From: an uncultured Nitrospira sp.
GTDB lineage: Bacteria > Nitrospirota > Nitrospiria > Nitrospirales > Nitrospiraceae
Assembly: GCA_964552455.1 (NCBI GenBank)
Contig: CAZKHY010000001.1
Span: 1-46,108, forward strand
Length of the DNA: 46,108 bases
Reading direction: 5' to 3'
The notes below the pieces were generated by a model that had not been told where the DNA came from, did no database searches, and saw only the letters and a list, made by a program, of their open reading frames with translations. Of the stretch, positions 8,486-17,271 are shown one piece after another. Both the position numbers and the translations under genes were made by a program. Within the stretch, counting starts at the first letter, position 1. Each line of letters starts with the position of its first letter.

Positions 8486-9598
8486 ATGGCTCTTGACGGG
8501 TTTGCCACGGGTGAAGGCACGGGTCGGTATCGCGAGCGCATGGTCGCGGCCGGGCAGGCCCACGAGGGACATTTCCGGGAGGGGCCGGGGAAGCTGGCGC
8601 TCTCCTCGATCGGTCTCGGCACTTATCTGGGCGGGCATGATGAAGGGACGGACGCCCTGTATCTGGCCGCGACCAAGCAGGCGGTCGCGGCCGGCTGCAA
8701 CGTCATCGACAGCGCGATCAACTATCGCTGCCAGCGGAGCGAGCGGGTGATCGGGCGGGCCCTGGCCGAGTTGGTCCGTGACGGGACCTGCCGGCGCGAT
8801 GAAGTCCTGATTTCGACGAAGGGCGGCTTCATCCCCTATGACGGAGCGCCTCCGCGCGACAACGACGCCTATCTGCAACAGACCTTCGTCGTGCCCGGCA
8901 TCATCCGGACGACCGACGTGGTGGCGGGCTGCCACTGCATGACGCCGGCCTACCTTCGGCACCAGGTGAACGCCAGCTTGAGCAACCTGGGGCTGTCCTG
9001 CCTCGATCTGTACTACCTGCACAACCCGGAGATGCAACTGGAAGAGGTGTCGCAGGCTGAATTCATGGCGCGCATGCGCGCGGCCTTCGAAACGCTCGAA
9101 GAAGCCGTGTCGCAGGGCAAGCTGCGCCTGTACGGGACCGCCACCTGGAACGGCTATCGCGCCAGGCCCGGGTCCGGCGGCCATCTTTTACTGGAAGCGC
9201 TGGTGAAGCTGGCGTGGGAAGTGGCGGGCAAGGACCACCATTTCAAGGTCGTCCAGCTGCCCTACAACATCGGCATGCTCGAAGCCTTGGGCCAGCAGAC
9301 GCAGACGATGAACGGCGTGAAGGTCAGCCTGTTGGAGGCGGCCAAAGCCCTGGACATCTACGTCATGTCCAGCGCCTCGATTCTCCAGGGCCAGCTCAGC
9401 CGGAACCTGCCGGCCGAAGTCCGGGAGGTGCTGGGGGACGGGACCGACGCCCAACGCTCGATCCAGTTCGTCCGGTCCACACCCGGGCTGGGGACCGCCC
9501 TGGTCGGCATGAAGCAAGCCGAGCACGTCAAGGACAACCTGGCCGTCTCCAAACGAGCTCCCCTGCAGCCGGACCAGTTCGCACGGTTGTTCAAGTGA
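8486..9598 (+). CDS. Aldo/keto reductase family oxidoreductase
   Basis: Shows the AKR pattern (LGLGTY.G, IDSA..Y, LDLYYLHNP) at 370 aa. Confidence 0.85.
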   Translation: MALDGFATGEGTGRYRERMVAAGQAHEGHFREGPGKLALSSIGLGTYLGGHDEGTDALYLAATKQAVAAGCNVIDSAINYRCQRSERVIGRALAELVRDGTCRRDEVLISTKGGFIPYDGAPPRDNDAYLQQTFVVPGIIRTTDVVAGCHCMTPAYLRHQVNASLSNLGLSCLDLYYLHNPEMQLEEVSQAEFMARMRAAFETLEEAVSQGKLRLYGTATWNGYRARPGSGGHLLLEALVKLAWEVAGKDHHFKVVQLPYNIGMLEALGQQTQTMNGVKVSLLEAAKALDIYVMSSASILQGQLSRNLPAEVREVLGDGTDAQRSIQFVRSTPGLGTALVGMKQAEHVKDNLAVSKRAPLQPDQFARLFK

Positions 9599-10683
9599 CG
9601 AGGGGAGCAGCGGTTCGTCCTCAAGTCATCCGAAGCTTTGACGACTTCCGGGACGCCCTCTTTGCCTTCCGTTTTCCCCGCGTCGTCTTGACCGCCCTCG
9701 AGCTGGACCTCTTCACGGTCATAGGAAGCCGTTCCCGGACGATCCCGGTCCTGGCCAAGCGGCTGCGCGTGAGCCGGCGGGGGCTCGACATCCTTTGCCG
9801 GAACCTGGCCTGCGCAGGCCTCCTCAGAAAACAGGGCGCGCACTATCGGAACGGGAGCCTGGCCGGCACGATGCTCAATGCCAAACACAAAACCTTCCGG
9901 GGCGCCTATCTGGATCTGTTGCGCACCCAGTGGGACGACTGGTCCCAACTGACCGAGTCGGTCAAAAGCGGACGGCCTGTGGAGCACGAGGCGCCGGACG
10001 ACCCGACCTACCGGCGGCAGTTTAGCCGGGCCATGCACCAGCGGTCGCTTGAGGTGGCGCCTCACGTGGCTGCGCAGGTGGACCTGAGAGGGGCCAAGAC
10101 GCTGCTGGACTTGGGCGGCGGTCCTGGCACCTATGCGCTGGCCTTCCTGGCCAAGAACTCCAATCTGCGGGCGACCGTCTGCGATCGGGCTCCCGCGCTG
10201 GAGGTCGCCAAGGAGATCGCCGCCCCGCTCACGCAGGGCCGGCGACTGTCTTATCTGCCCCTGGACTTCATGAACCGGAGGATTCCCGGCCGGTATGACG
10301 TGATCTGGTACTCCAACGTCCTGCACATCTATTCACCGGCTGAAAATCAGCGGCTCTTTCGCAGGCTGGCGTCGGCTCTGACGCCCGGCGGGCGGCTCAT
10401 CATTCAGGACGCCTTTCTGCTGGATCGGGAGGGGCTGTACCCCCAGGAAGCCAATCTCTTTGCCGTCACGATGCTCCTGTTCACCGAAGGGGGGAACACC
10501 TATACGGCTCGTGAAACGACGGACTGGCTCCGTCGGGCCGGCTTTACAACGGTGCGCCGGATCAGCTTGCGGAAGGGGGCGGAGGATTGGGAGGGGGGGC
10601 TTCTGGAGGCGTCTCTTCCGAAGACGCAACCGGGCTCACGTCCAGGAAGCCGCGCCCGCCGAGTACGATCAGCAGGAAGTTGA
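9595..10683 (+). CDS. Class I SAM-dependent (O-)methyltransferase with N-terminal winged-helix dimerisation domain
   Basis: Contains the SAM motif LLDLGGGPGTYA, then RLIIQD. GTG 9595 overlaps the AKR stop (GTGA). The track ORF from 9214 is a run-on. Confidence 0.8.
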   Translation: MTRGAAVRPQVIRSFDDFRDALFAFRFPRVVLTALELDLFTVIGSRSRTIPVLAKRLRVSRRGLDILCRNLACAGLLRKQGAHYRNGSLAGTMLNAKHKTFRGAYLDLLRTQWDDWSQLTESVKSGRPVEHEAPDDPTYRRQFSRAMHQRSLEVAPHVAAQVDLRGAKTLLDLGGGPGTYALAFLAKNSNLRATVCDRAPALEVAKEIAAPLTQGRRLSYLPLDFMNRRIPGRYDVIWYSNVLHIYSPAENQRLFRRLASALTPGGRLIIQDAFLLDREGLYPQEANLFAVTMLLFTEGGNTYTARETTDWLRRAGFTTVRRISLRKGAEDWEGGLLEASLPKTQPGSRPGSRARRVRSAGS

Positions 10684-10990
10684 GCAGGCCGGTGGCGCCG
10701 CTCGTCATCAGGGTTTTCGACGAGGGTTCTGCACGGGTCAGGGCCTGGACGATGGTGGAGAGATCCAGGGCCAAGCCGATCGTTCCATACATGACGCTGG
10801 CCATCAGGACCCATCTGGCTCGCCCGAGCAGAAGCCCAGCCAGGATCAGCGGGAGCCAGAAGAGAAAGCCGTTCCAGGCGAGCTGGTGCCAGAGGGAGGC
10901 GAATGGCATGGCCCCCTGGATGATCCGCTGCAAGAAGGCCAGGACCACCAGTCCGATCAGCAGCAGAGCCAGGATGCGTCTCATGGTCAT
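10562..10990 (-). CDS. Small integral membrane protein
   Basis: About four hydrophobic helices follow MTMRRILALLLIGLVV. The C-terminal Pro-rich tail overlaps the convergent methyltransferase 3' end. Confidence 0.45.
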   Translation of the reverse strand: MTMRRILALLLIGLVVLAFLQRIIQGAMPFASLWHQLAWNGFLFWLPLILAGLLLGRARWVLMASVMYGTIGLALDLSTIVQALTRAEPSSKTLMTSGATGLLNFLLIVLGGRGFLDVSPVASSEETPPEAPPPNPPPPSAS

Positions 10991-11091
10991 GCGGGGACTA
11001 TAGCGGAGGTCCCCCATCGGGACAAGAGAGGCTCGGTTGTTTTCTGATCGACGGATGGAGCGTGCCCTTGCAGTCTCCTACGGCAGGACGT

Positions 11092-11496
11092 ATGACTCCG
11101 GAGATGAAGCCGTCGGACCGGGAGTGCATCCTGATTTATGACGGGCAATGCCGCCTCTGCGTCACCGCGAAGGAAGGGCTGGAGCGCCTCGGCGCTCAGC
11201 ATGCAAGCCGGTCGGTCCGGTTTGTTCCTTATCAGAGCGAGGAAGCCGCGTTGCGTTTAGGAGAAGCCTACAAGCCGGGTCGGCCGGACGCGGCGTTTCT
11301 GGTGGAGCGGGACGGCCGGGTCACGAGGGGGCTGGAGGCGTTTCTTCCGCTCCTGCCTGGTTTGAAAGGAGGGCGCGTCCTGCTCGCGTTGATGAAGGTC
11401 CCGCTGGTGCGGCCTCTCGCGCTGTTCCTCTACCGCCTCGTCGCCCGGCATCGCTATCGTCTGTTCGGACGGGTGCGGGGGGCTGATCATGGATAA
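11092..11496 (+). CDS. DCC-family (DUF393) thiol-disulfide oxidoreductase
   Basis: The N-terminal IYDGQCRLC CxxC motif is typical of the DCC1/DUF393 family. Confidence 0.75.
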   Translation: MTPEMKPSDRECILIYDGQCRLCVTAKEGLERLGAQHASRSVRFVPYQSEEAALRLGEAYKPGRPDAAFLVERDGRVTRGLEAFLPLLPGLKGGRVLLALMKVPLVRPLALFLYRLVARHRYRLFGRVRGADHG

Positions 11497-11752
11497 CGTC
11501 ACGTTGTTGGGGCTCGTGGCCGGCACCCTGACGACCATCGCCTTCGTGCCCCAGTTCTTGAAAACATGGAAAAGCAAGTCGGCCCAGGATGTGTCGCTGG
11601 GCATGTTGGTGATTTTTTGCACGGGAGTGTTTCTCTGGCTTCTGTACGGGATCTTTCTCGGCGCCCTGCCGATCATTCTGGCCAACGCCGTGACCCTGGT
11701 GTTGACGGGAGCGATCTTGTTCTTGAAAGTGCGGTATCGTGGGGGACGATAG
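11489..11752 (+). CDS. SemiSWEET / PQ-loop family transporter
   Basis: It is 87 aa with three TM helices and carries the PQ motif (AFVPQFLKTWKSK). Confidence 0.75.
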   Translation: MDNVTLLGLVAGTLTTIAFVPQFLKTWKSKSAQDVSLGMLVIFCTGVFLWLLYGIFLGALPIILANAVTLVLTGAILFLKVRYRGGR

Positions 11753-11799
11753 AACGGGTTTCGTGGGCCTTTGCACGCAGTTCCGTGAAGGGCCTTGCC

Positions 11800-13257
11800 T
11801 CATGACCGCTGTCCGACCCGGCCGGCGCCTGCCGGTCGAGCCGCCGGTGCGGAGACGGCTTGCGGGAGAACCACGGCCACGCTGATGTCCCGGACCTCGT
11901 CCCCTCCGTCGTCCTTGCCGTCTCTTCCCACGCTGTAGAGCCGTCCGGTCGAAGGATTCCACAGCATCGGAAGGCTCGTGAAGGGGTCGTAATAACCGTG
12001 CCCAACCTGAACGATGCGTACCACCACCTGCTGGTTGGGCGATGGCTTCCCGAGTCTCGTCTGCAGGGCGGCCAGGCGCAGGCGTGCGTCCGTTTCGAGA
12101 AGCAGCCCGGTAAAGGGTTCCCAGGCCGGCTCGGTTCCCGAAGCGAAAACGTTGTCGATCGGGTTCAGGATGGAGTCGAAGACCCGGCGCCGGGATGAGG
12201 CGAAGTCATGGAGCTTCGGCAAGGGGCCGGGAAGGGTCTCGGTCGCCTTGATCACCGCCTCATAGTAGTTGGCGTAGAGGTTGAGGGTCCGTTGGATCTG
12301 GGCCGGCGCCTTGCCAAAGGCATTGTGCGGCAGGGAGGCGTCGAGTTGCTGGAAGGCGTCCTCGTCCAGGCCGACTGCGGCAGCCAGCCATCGCTCGTGG
12401 TTTTCCGAGGCCCGCTCCATGATCTCGTTCACGCGGCCGGATGATTGCGTGGATTGCGCGACGCCGACGAGGAATTCGTTTTGGATCGGCCAGCGCAAGG
12501 ACCGCTCCGCCGTCGTGAGCGGCTGCGCCGCTCGTTCCCAGGCAAGCAGCAGGGCCGGATCCAGGTCTCGACGGCTGAGCAGCCGGGACAGGAGCCTGAC
12601 GTCATCCGCGACCACATGGGCCGCCATGACCTTGAGCGACAGGGTCTTGGCTTTCGCCAGGACCACCCGCCAGGCGGCCATGTCCTTTTCCAACCGATCC
12701 AACCCGCTCGGGACGTTCAGCGCGAATCCTTCGGCCACGTAGAGCCGGTGGGCTGCAAAGGAATCCACGAACCGGGGACTGCCGGGATGACCATACCCCC
12801 AATCTTCGAAGGGCATGGTCAGCCAGCGGCGGTATCGGTCCAGCAGCGGAGCCTGTTCCGTGAAGAAGGTGCGGGGCGCCTCTCCCAAAGCCCGCAATTG
12901 AGGGATGATGTCCGGGGCCTCCCAGGCGCGGAGGGCCTGGAGGGTCTCGTCCTCGACGCGGAACGCCAAGCGCGACTCCCGACTGTAGTCGAAGTACCGG
13001 TGCCCGCGGTCGCTCTCGACTTCCAGCCACATGTGGTAGCCGGCTTGCACCGGGTCGGACGATTCGCTGGCGGCAATGCCGAGGAGAAGGAAGTAGCCGT
13101 TGCTCTTGGCGTTGGCCAAGGTCCGAGGAGGGGGCTCCGTCAATGCCCGATAGGCCTCGTTGGGTTCCTCCCCCTTCCCGAGCCAAAGCATTCGGGCGAG
13201 GTCCAGCCCGAGCAGGAGGACGGACATGCCGACGATGAGCATGACGAATTTGCGCAT
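11800..13257 (-). CDS. Membrane-anchored hypothetical protein (485 aa)
   Basis: Has an N-terminal TM helix (MRKFVMLIVGMSVLLLGL) and a long non-repetitive ORF. No family was recognised. Confidence 0.55.
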   Translation of the reverse strand: MRKFVMLIVGMSVLLLGLDLARMLWLGKGEEPNEAYRALTEPPPRTLANAKSNGYFLLLGIAASESSDPVQAGYHMWLEVESDRGHRYFDYSRESRLAFRVEDETLQALRAWEAPDIIPQLRALGEAPRTFFTEQAPLLDRYRRWLTMPFEDWGYGHPGSPRFVDSFAAHRLYVAEGFALNVPSGLDRLEKDMAAWRVVLAKAKTLSLKVMAAHVVADDVRLLSRLLSRRDLDPALLLAWERAAQPLTTAERSLRWPIQNEFLVGVAQSTQSSGRVNEIMERASENHERWLAAAVGLDEDAFQQLDASLPHNAFGKAPAQIQRTLNLYANYYEAVIKATETLPGPLPKLHDFASSRRRVFDSILNPIDNVFASGTEPAWEPFTGLLLETDARLRLAALQTRLGKPSPNQQVVVRIVQVGHGYYDPFTSLPMLWNPSTGRLYSVGRDGKDDGGDEVRDISVAVVLPQAVSAPAARPAGAGRVGQRS

Positions 13258-13473
13258 GGACCTCCGTGACAAACGGTCTGTTACCCCAAAGCGCGACAAG
13301 GCACAACGAGGATTGCCCGATATTGTGCAAAGCCTGTGCCGATGCAAGGCTCTGGGTTCATCAATGCCAACCCCTTGCATGGAAAGGGATTTGCAGGACG
13401 GTCAGAGCTGGCTGCTCGGCGGCTGGAGAGGCTCCAACTGTACAAAACTGGTCATTCCAGTCGAACTTTGGTC

Positions 13474-13503
13474 TTGACAAGGTTGCACGAGCTCTCCTAT
13501 TGT
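13474..13503 (+). promoter_or_regulatory. Sigma-70-like promoter for the riboswitch-btuFCD operon
   Basis: TTGACA (13474-13479), an 18-nt spacer, then TATTGT (13498-13503), just upstream of the riboswitch P1 helix. Confidence 0.45.
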
Positions 13504-13514
13504 GGCCACACAAA

Positions 13515-13737
13515 AGAGCTGTCCCGGGCGAAGGGAAGAGGGTGCCAATCCCTCGCGGTCCCGCCGCTGTGATGGGGACGAAACCCGCAGAAGCCACTGT
13601 CTGGTGGCGTGGTTCGTGAAGCGCAAGGGCTCCTCTTGTAGACGTTTCACGAACGACGCTTCACGCTTCACGTGAAAGATGGGAAGGCGCGGGGAGTAGA
13701 CGACGAGCCCCTAAGCCAGAAGACCTGCCCGGACAAT
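13515..13737 (+). promoter_or_regulatory. Cobalamin (B12) riboswitch 1
   Basis: Core elements are GGGAAGAGGGTGCCAATCC, CGGTCCCGCCGCTGT, GAAGCCACTG, GGGAAGGCGCGG and the B12 box AAGCCAGAAGACCTGCCC. It lies upstream of a corrinoid ABC importer. Confidence 0.85.
13603..13679. repeat. Heptamer-array hairpin (family B: TGAAGCG / CTTCACG) inside the riboswitch 1 variable extension
   Basis: Reads ggtggcg tggttcg tgaagcg ... tttcacg aacgacg cttcacg cttcacg. The same sequence blocks occur at 17092-17172. Confidence 0.8.
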
Positions 13738-13790
13738 GACCGTCTTTCCCTCGTGGGCTGGGGAAAGGGTGAGGGTGAAGAAGCGGGTGC

Positions 13791-13829
13791 AATCCTCAGG
13801 GTCTCACAGGCCTTGAGGATTTTTTGTTT
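13791..13829 (+). terminator. Riboswitch 1 expression platform: intrinsic terminator
   Basis: Stem AATCCTCAGG...CCTTGAGGAT is followed by TTTTTGTTT. The 3' arm contains GAGGA, the likely btuF RBS. Confidence 0.6.
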
Positions 13830-14835
13830 GAGCCGTTACGGTCGAGCGCGCGGGACACAACTGAAGCTCGGTTGGCTGTGCCTCATCATGGCGTTGCTCA
13901 CGACCGGGCTTGCCCAGGCGGCCGAGGCGGACCAGACCTCCATGAAAAAAAGACGGCAACAAGGCATCCTGACCGGGATGCCGTTCATGGCCAACCTGGC
14001 TCCCCGCACGTTTGTCGACGACCTCGGCCGCAAGATTTACCTGGCGAAGCCGCCCGCTCGCATTGTGTCCCTCGCGCCCAGCGTGACCGAGATGCTCTTC
14101 GCGATCGGCCTCGACCAGGAGATCGTGGGCGTGACGCCCTATTGCGACTATCCCCCCGAGGCCCGCTCCAAGCCGAAAGTCGGCTACGCGAATCCGAACA
14201 TCGAGTCGATCGTTGCCTTGCAGCCCGATCTCATCCTGGCGCCACGGGAATTCATCCGCGCCGATCTCCTGGGCAAGCTGGAGCAGTTAAAGATTCCGAC
14301 GTTTCTGCTGGATGCCAAGACCATCGATGACATCCCCTCCCATATCCAGACCATCGGCCGCATGCTCGAGCGCACCGCTGCGGCTGACCGGGTGGCCCTG
14401 GATCTCAGGCGGCAGATCGCGGAGGTCAGGCGCAAGGTGAACGCGCTGCCCCGCCCCCGCCTGCTCTACGTCCTGAACAGTCAGCCCCTGATCACCGTCG
14501 GCCCCGGCAGCTTCCTTCATCACATGATCGAGCTGGCCGGCGGGGCCAACGTGGCGGCCCGCGCCTCCTCGGCCTATCCGCGTTTGAGCATGGAGGAAGT
14601 GCTCAAGGAGGACCCGGAGATCATCGTGTTTCCCGTCGGCCAGGCGGAGGGGCTGTCCGAAAGCGAACAGCAGCTTTGGCGCCGGTGGACGATGCTGTCG
14701 GCCGTCAAGCAGGGACGGTTCCACCGAATCGCCGCCGATCTCCTGAACCGTCCCGGTCCCAGGATCACCCAGGGGCTGGAATCCCTCGCCAGGATTCTCC
14801 ATCCGGAAGTGTTCGACGGGAGAGTGACGCCCTGA
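13828..14835 (+). CDS. btuF: Periplasmic corrinoid-binding protein of ABC importer (BtuF-like)
   Basis: Shows the PBP type 8 pattern (IVSLAPSVTEMLFAIGL, GVT.YCDYP). TTG 13828 lies 8 nt after GAGGA and gives a signal peptide (LSRYGRARGTQLKLGWLCLIMALLTTGLAQA). The start is uncertain; ATG 13888 is an alternative. Confidence 0.75.
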   Translation: MSRYGRARGTQLKLGWLCLIMALLTTGLAQAAEADQTSMKKRRQQGILTGMPFMANLAPRTFVDDLGRKIYLAKPPARIVSLAPSVTEMLFAIGLDQEIVGVTPYCDYPPEARSKPKVGYANPNIESIVALQPDLILAPREFIRADLLGKLEQLKIPTFLLDAKTIDDIPSHIQTIGRMLERTAAADRVALDLRRQIAEVRRKVNALPRPRLLYVLNSQPLITVGPGSFLHHMIELAGGANVAARASSAYPRLSMEEVLKEDPEIIVFPVGQAEGLSESEQQLWRRWTMLSAVKQGRFHRIAADLLNRPGPRITQGLESLARILHPEVFDGRVTP

Positions 14836-15992
14836 TGCCCATCACGGTCGGAGAAACCGGCGCCCGTCGCGGCGCCGGCGAAAACGCGGTTCCTGTTGCG
14901 GGCCGGCCGCAGTCCGTCAGGGGGCAACCCTTGGCCGGGATCAAACAGGCGCGGCTCTCGCCCACGCGATGGATGGGCACCCTGTCGGTCCTTGGCGCAG
15001 CCAGTCTCCTGGTGTCGGTCGTCTGTCTGCGGTTCGGAGCGGAGGAGGTCGGATTCATCCAAGCGGTTCAGATCCTGTTCGAGGCCCTCAGGCATGGCCA
15101 ATCCGGGATCGAGTCGGCCGGACCGGCCGGCATCATCCTGATGCAGGTGCGGCTGCCCCGCGTCCTGCTGGCCTTCATGGTGGGCGCGTGCCTGGCGTCG
15201 GTCGGCGTCGGGCTCCAGGCCCTGCTCAGGAACCCCCTGGCCGATCCCTACGTCCTCGGCGTCTCCAGCGGGGCCGCCTTGGGGGCCGGCGTGGCGATTC
15301 TCTTGGGGATCGGGAGCACGATCCTGGCCGTCTCGGCGCTGCCGCTCTGCGCAATGGTCGGCGGGCTCCTGTCGGTGCTCGTCTTGTACCGCATCGCCGC
15401 CTCCTACGGGTACCTGCCCGTGCACACCCTCCTGCTGGCCGGGGTGATCCTCAACGCCGTCTTCGCGGCGCTGGTCATGTTCATCACGTCGATTCTGGAG
15501 CCCAACCGGTCTTTCGGGATGATGGCCTGGCTGATGGGCACCCTGGCGGCGCCGGACTACCCGGCCTTGCTGGTCCTGGCCTGCTACCTGCTCGTGGGCA
15601 CCGTGATCCTGTTCCACCAGGCTCCGTCGCTGAACCTGCTGACGCTGGGGGAAGAAGCCGCGCGGTCCCTCGGCGTCGAGGTGGAGGCCGTCAAGAAGAC
15701 CGTGTTCTTCACCTCCGCCCTGCTGACCGGAGCGGTCGTCTCGGCCAGCGGCATGATCGGGTTCATCGGCATGGTCATCCCGCACGCGATCCGGATGACC
15801 ACCGGCGCCGATCATCGGCTGCTGTTTCCGGCCTCGGCACTGGTGGGCGGCATGTTTCTGATGGCGGCCGATACGGTGGCGCGCACGCTCCTGGCGCCGG
15901 GGGAAATCCCCGTCGGGGTGGTGACGGCGCTGGCCGGAGGGCCCGTTTTCGTCTATCTGCTGATGGCCCGAAGGGGCGGACTGGCTGCATGA
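14835..15992 (+). CDS. btuC: FecCD-family corrinoid ABC permease (BtuC-like)
   Basis: Has multiple TM helices and the motif GMIGFIGMVIPHAIR. The ATG overlaps the btuF stop (TGATG). Confidence 0.85.
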   Translation: MPITVGETGARRGAGENAVPVAGRPQSVRGQPLAGIKQARLSPTRWMGTLSVLGAASLLVSVVCLRFGAEEVGFIQAVQILFEALRHGQSGIESAGPAGIILMQVRLPRVLLAFMVGACLASVGVGLQALLRNPLADPYVLGVSSGAALGAGVAILLGIGSTILAVSALPLCAMVGGLLSVLVLYRIAASYGYLPVHTLLLAGVILNAVFAALVMFITSILEPNRSFGMMAWLMGTLAAPDYPALLVLACYLLVGTVILFHQAPSLNLLTLGEEAARSLGVEVEAVKKTVFFTSALLTGAVVSASGMIGFIGMVIPHAIRMTTGADHRLLFPASALVGGMFLMAADTVARTLLAPGEIPVGVVTALAGGPVFVYLLMARRGGLAA

Positions 15993-16870
15993 GCAACGGA
16001 CGTTCCGGGATCGCATCCGCCGAGCGGCCTGCCTATCGGGTAGAGCGGCTCCGCTTCAGTTATCGAAAAGAGCGGGGCGTCCCTGCGAGGCAGAAGAGCG
16101 AAAAAGACGGATGGGTGCTCAAGGGGGTGACCTTCGAGGTCAGGGCCGGCGAGATTGTCGGGGTGATCGGGCCCAACGGGTCCGGCAAAACGTCATTGCT
16201 CAAGCTGTTGGCCCGCATCCTGCACCCGCACGAAGGGACGGTCGCCCTCTTCGGACGCGCGATGGCCGACCTGCCACAGGCGGAAGTGGCCAGGACGGTC
16301 GCGCTGGTGCCGCAAGAAAGCCCCCAGGTCTTTCCCTTCACGATCACGGAAATGGTTCTGATGGGCCGATTCCCCCACCACCAGATCGCGGGAGGCCTGG
16401 GCGGGTTCGGATGGGAGGGGCCGGAGGACATCCGCCTGGCGGAAGAAGCGATGCGGGACACGGACGTCATGCACTTGGCGGATCGGTTGATCAGCGACGT
16501 GTCCGGCGGCGAGCGCCAGCGGGCGATCATCGCCCGGGCGCTGACCCAGCAGCCGCGCGTCCTGTTGCTGGATGAGCCGACAGCCTTCCTGGATCTCCAT
16601 CATCAACTGGACATCTGCCGCATCCTGCGCCGCCTGAACGAGGAGCGGGGCTTGACGGTCGTGCTCGTGTCCCATGATCTGAACCTGGCCAGCCAGTACT
16701 GCGACCGGCTGCTGTTGTTGAGCGAAGGGCTGGTCCATCGGATGGGGCCGCCGGCCGACGTCATTCGACCCGAGGTGCTGGAAGCCGTGTATCGATGCCA
16801 GGTGCTGGTGGATCACCATCCAACGTCCGGGCTGCCACGGATCACGTTGCCGGGGCGTGTCATGACGTGA
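15989..16870 (+). CDS. btuD: ABC transporter ATP-binding protein (BtuD/FepC-like)
   Basis: Contains Walker A (GPNGSGKTS), the signature VSGGERQR and Walker B (LLLDEP). The ATG overlaps the btuC stop (ATGA). Confidence 0.9.
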   Translation: MSNGRSGIASAERPAYRVERLRFSYRKERGVPARQKSEKDGWVLKGVTFEVRAGEIVGVIGPNGSGKTSLLKLLARILHPHEGTVALFGRAMADLPQAEVARTVALVPQESPQVFPFTITEMVLMGRFPHHQIAGGLGGFGWEGPEDIRLAEEAMRDTDVMHLADRLISDVSGGERQRAIIARALTQQPRVLLLDEPTAFLDLHHQLDICRILRRLNEERGLTVVLVSHDLNLASQYCDRLLLLSEGLVHRMGPPADVIRPEVLEAVYRCQVLVDHHPTSGLPRITLPGRVMT

Positions 16871-16912
16871 AAGGTGAAACGTGAACGGTAAAACGTAAAG
16901 CGAGAAAGCGGG
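16864..16912. repeat. One-armed heptamer array (NNNGTRA x6) beginning at the btuD stop codon
   Basis: Reads gacgtga aaggtga aacgtga acggtaa aacgtaa agcgaga aagcggg. Confidence 0.75.
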
Positions 16913-16955
16913 CGACGAGAGGAGGAGGTCGCACCCCTCCTTCTGTTGTGCTGTC

Positions 16956-16984
16956 TTGCAAAGACAGGTGCGGTAACCATTAAT
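16956..16984 (+). promoter_or_regulatory. Possible sigma-70-like promoter for riboswitch 2/btuB
   Basis: TTGCAA, a 17-nt spacer, then ATTAAT. The -35 lies within a small hairpin (CTGTCTTgcaAAGACAG). Confidence 0.3.
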
Positions 16985-16999
16985 CGGGAGGGACTGTTA

Positions 17000-17232
17000 G
17001 AGAAAGGGACGACGGAACGGGGAAGATGGTGCAACTCCATCACGGTGCCGCCACTGTAAGCGGGGAGTGATCCTGCAGGAAGCCACTGGCCGGTGGCGTG
17101 GTTCGTGAAGCGTATCTCGTGAAGCGCAAGAGTTTTTGCCGGCGTTTCACGAACGACGCTTCACGCTTCACGCGAAAGCTGGGAAGGCGCGGGAGAGCGA
17201 CGATCCGCAAGTCAGGAAACCCGGCTGTCGAT
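17000..17232 (+). promoter_or_regulatory. Cobalamin (B12) riboswitch 2
   Basis: Core elements are GGGGAAGATGGTGCAACTCC, CGGTGCCGCCACTGT, GAAGCCACTGG, GGGAAGGCGCGG and the B12 box AAGTCAGGAAACCCGGC. A possible RBS-sequestering hairpin (CCCTTCgagcGAAAGGG) sits before the btuB ATG. Confidence 0.85.
17092..17172. repeat. Heptamer-array hairpin (family B) inside the riboswitch 2 variable extension
   Basis: Reads ggtggcg tggttcg tgaagcg tatctcg tgaagcg ... tttcacg aacgacg cttcacg cttcacg. It has one extra 14-nt unit compared with riboswitch 1. Confidence 0.8.
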
Positions 17233-17271
17233 CCAATTCACTGAACCCTTCGAGCGAAAGGGAAGGTGGGC

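Noticed and set aside
14574-16016. A 480-aa minus-strand ORF antisense to btuC, with similar long antisense or alternative-frame ORFs at 22339..23646, 31919..33526, 34601..35980, 24942..26210, 26677..27831, 42784..43986, 43709..45010 and 42491..43750
   Set aside because: All overlap genes with strong family signatures on the other strand or frame. All have biased Arg/Gly/Pro composition with no recognisable motifs.
14969-16870. Long N-terminal extensions of track ORFs (14969, 9214, 26644, 38046, 19082, 20583, 22040, 28883, 7761, 6098, 5577, 13672, 1615)
   Set aside because: The upstream parts overlap the preceding gene in another frame and translate to low-complexity sequence. Starts were trimmed to in-frame ATG/GTG/TTG codons at stop-start overlaps or after an RBS.
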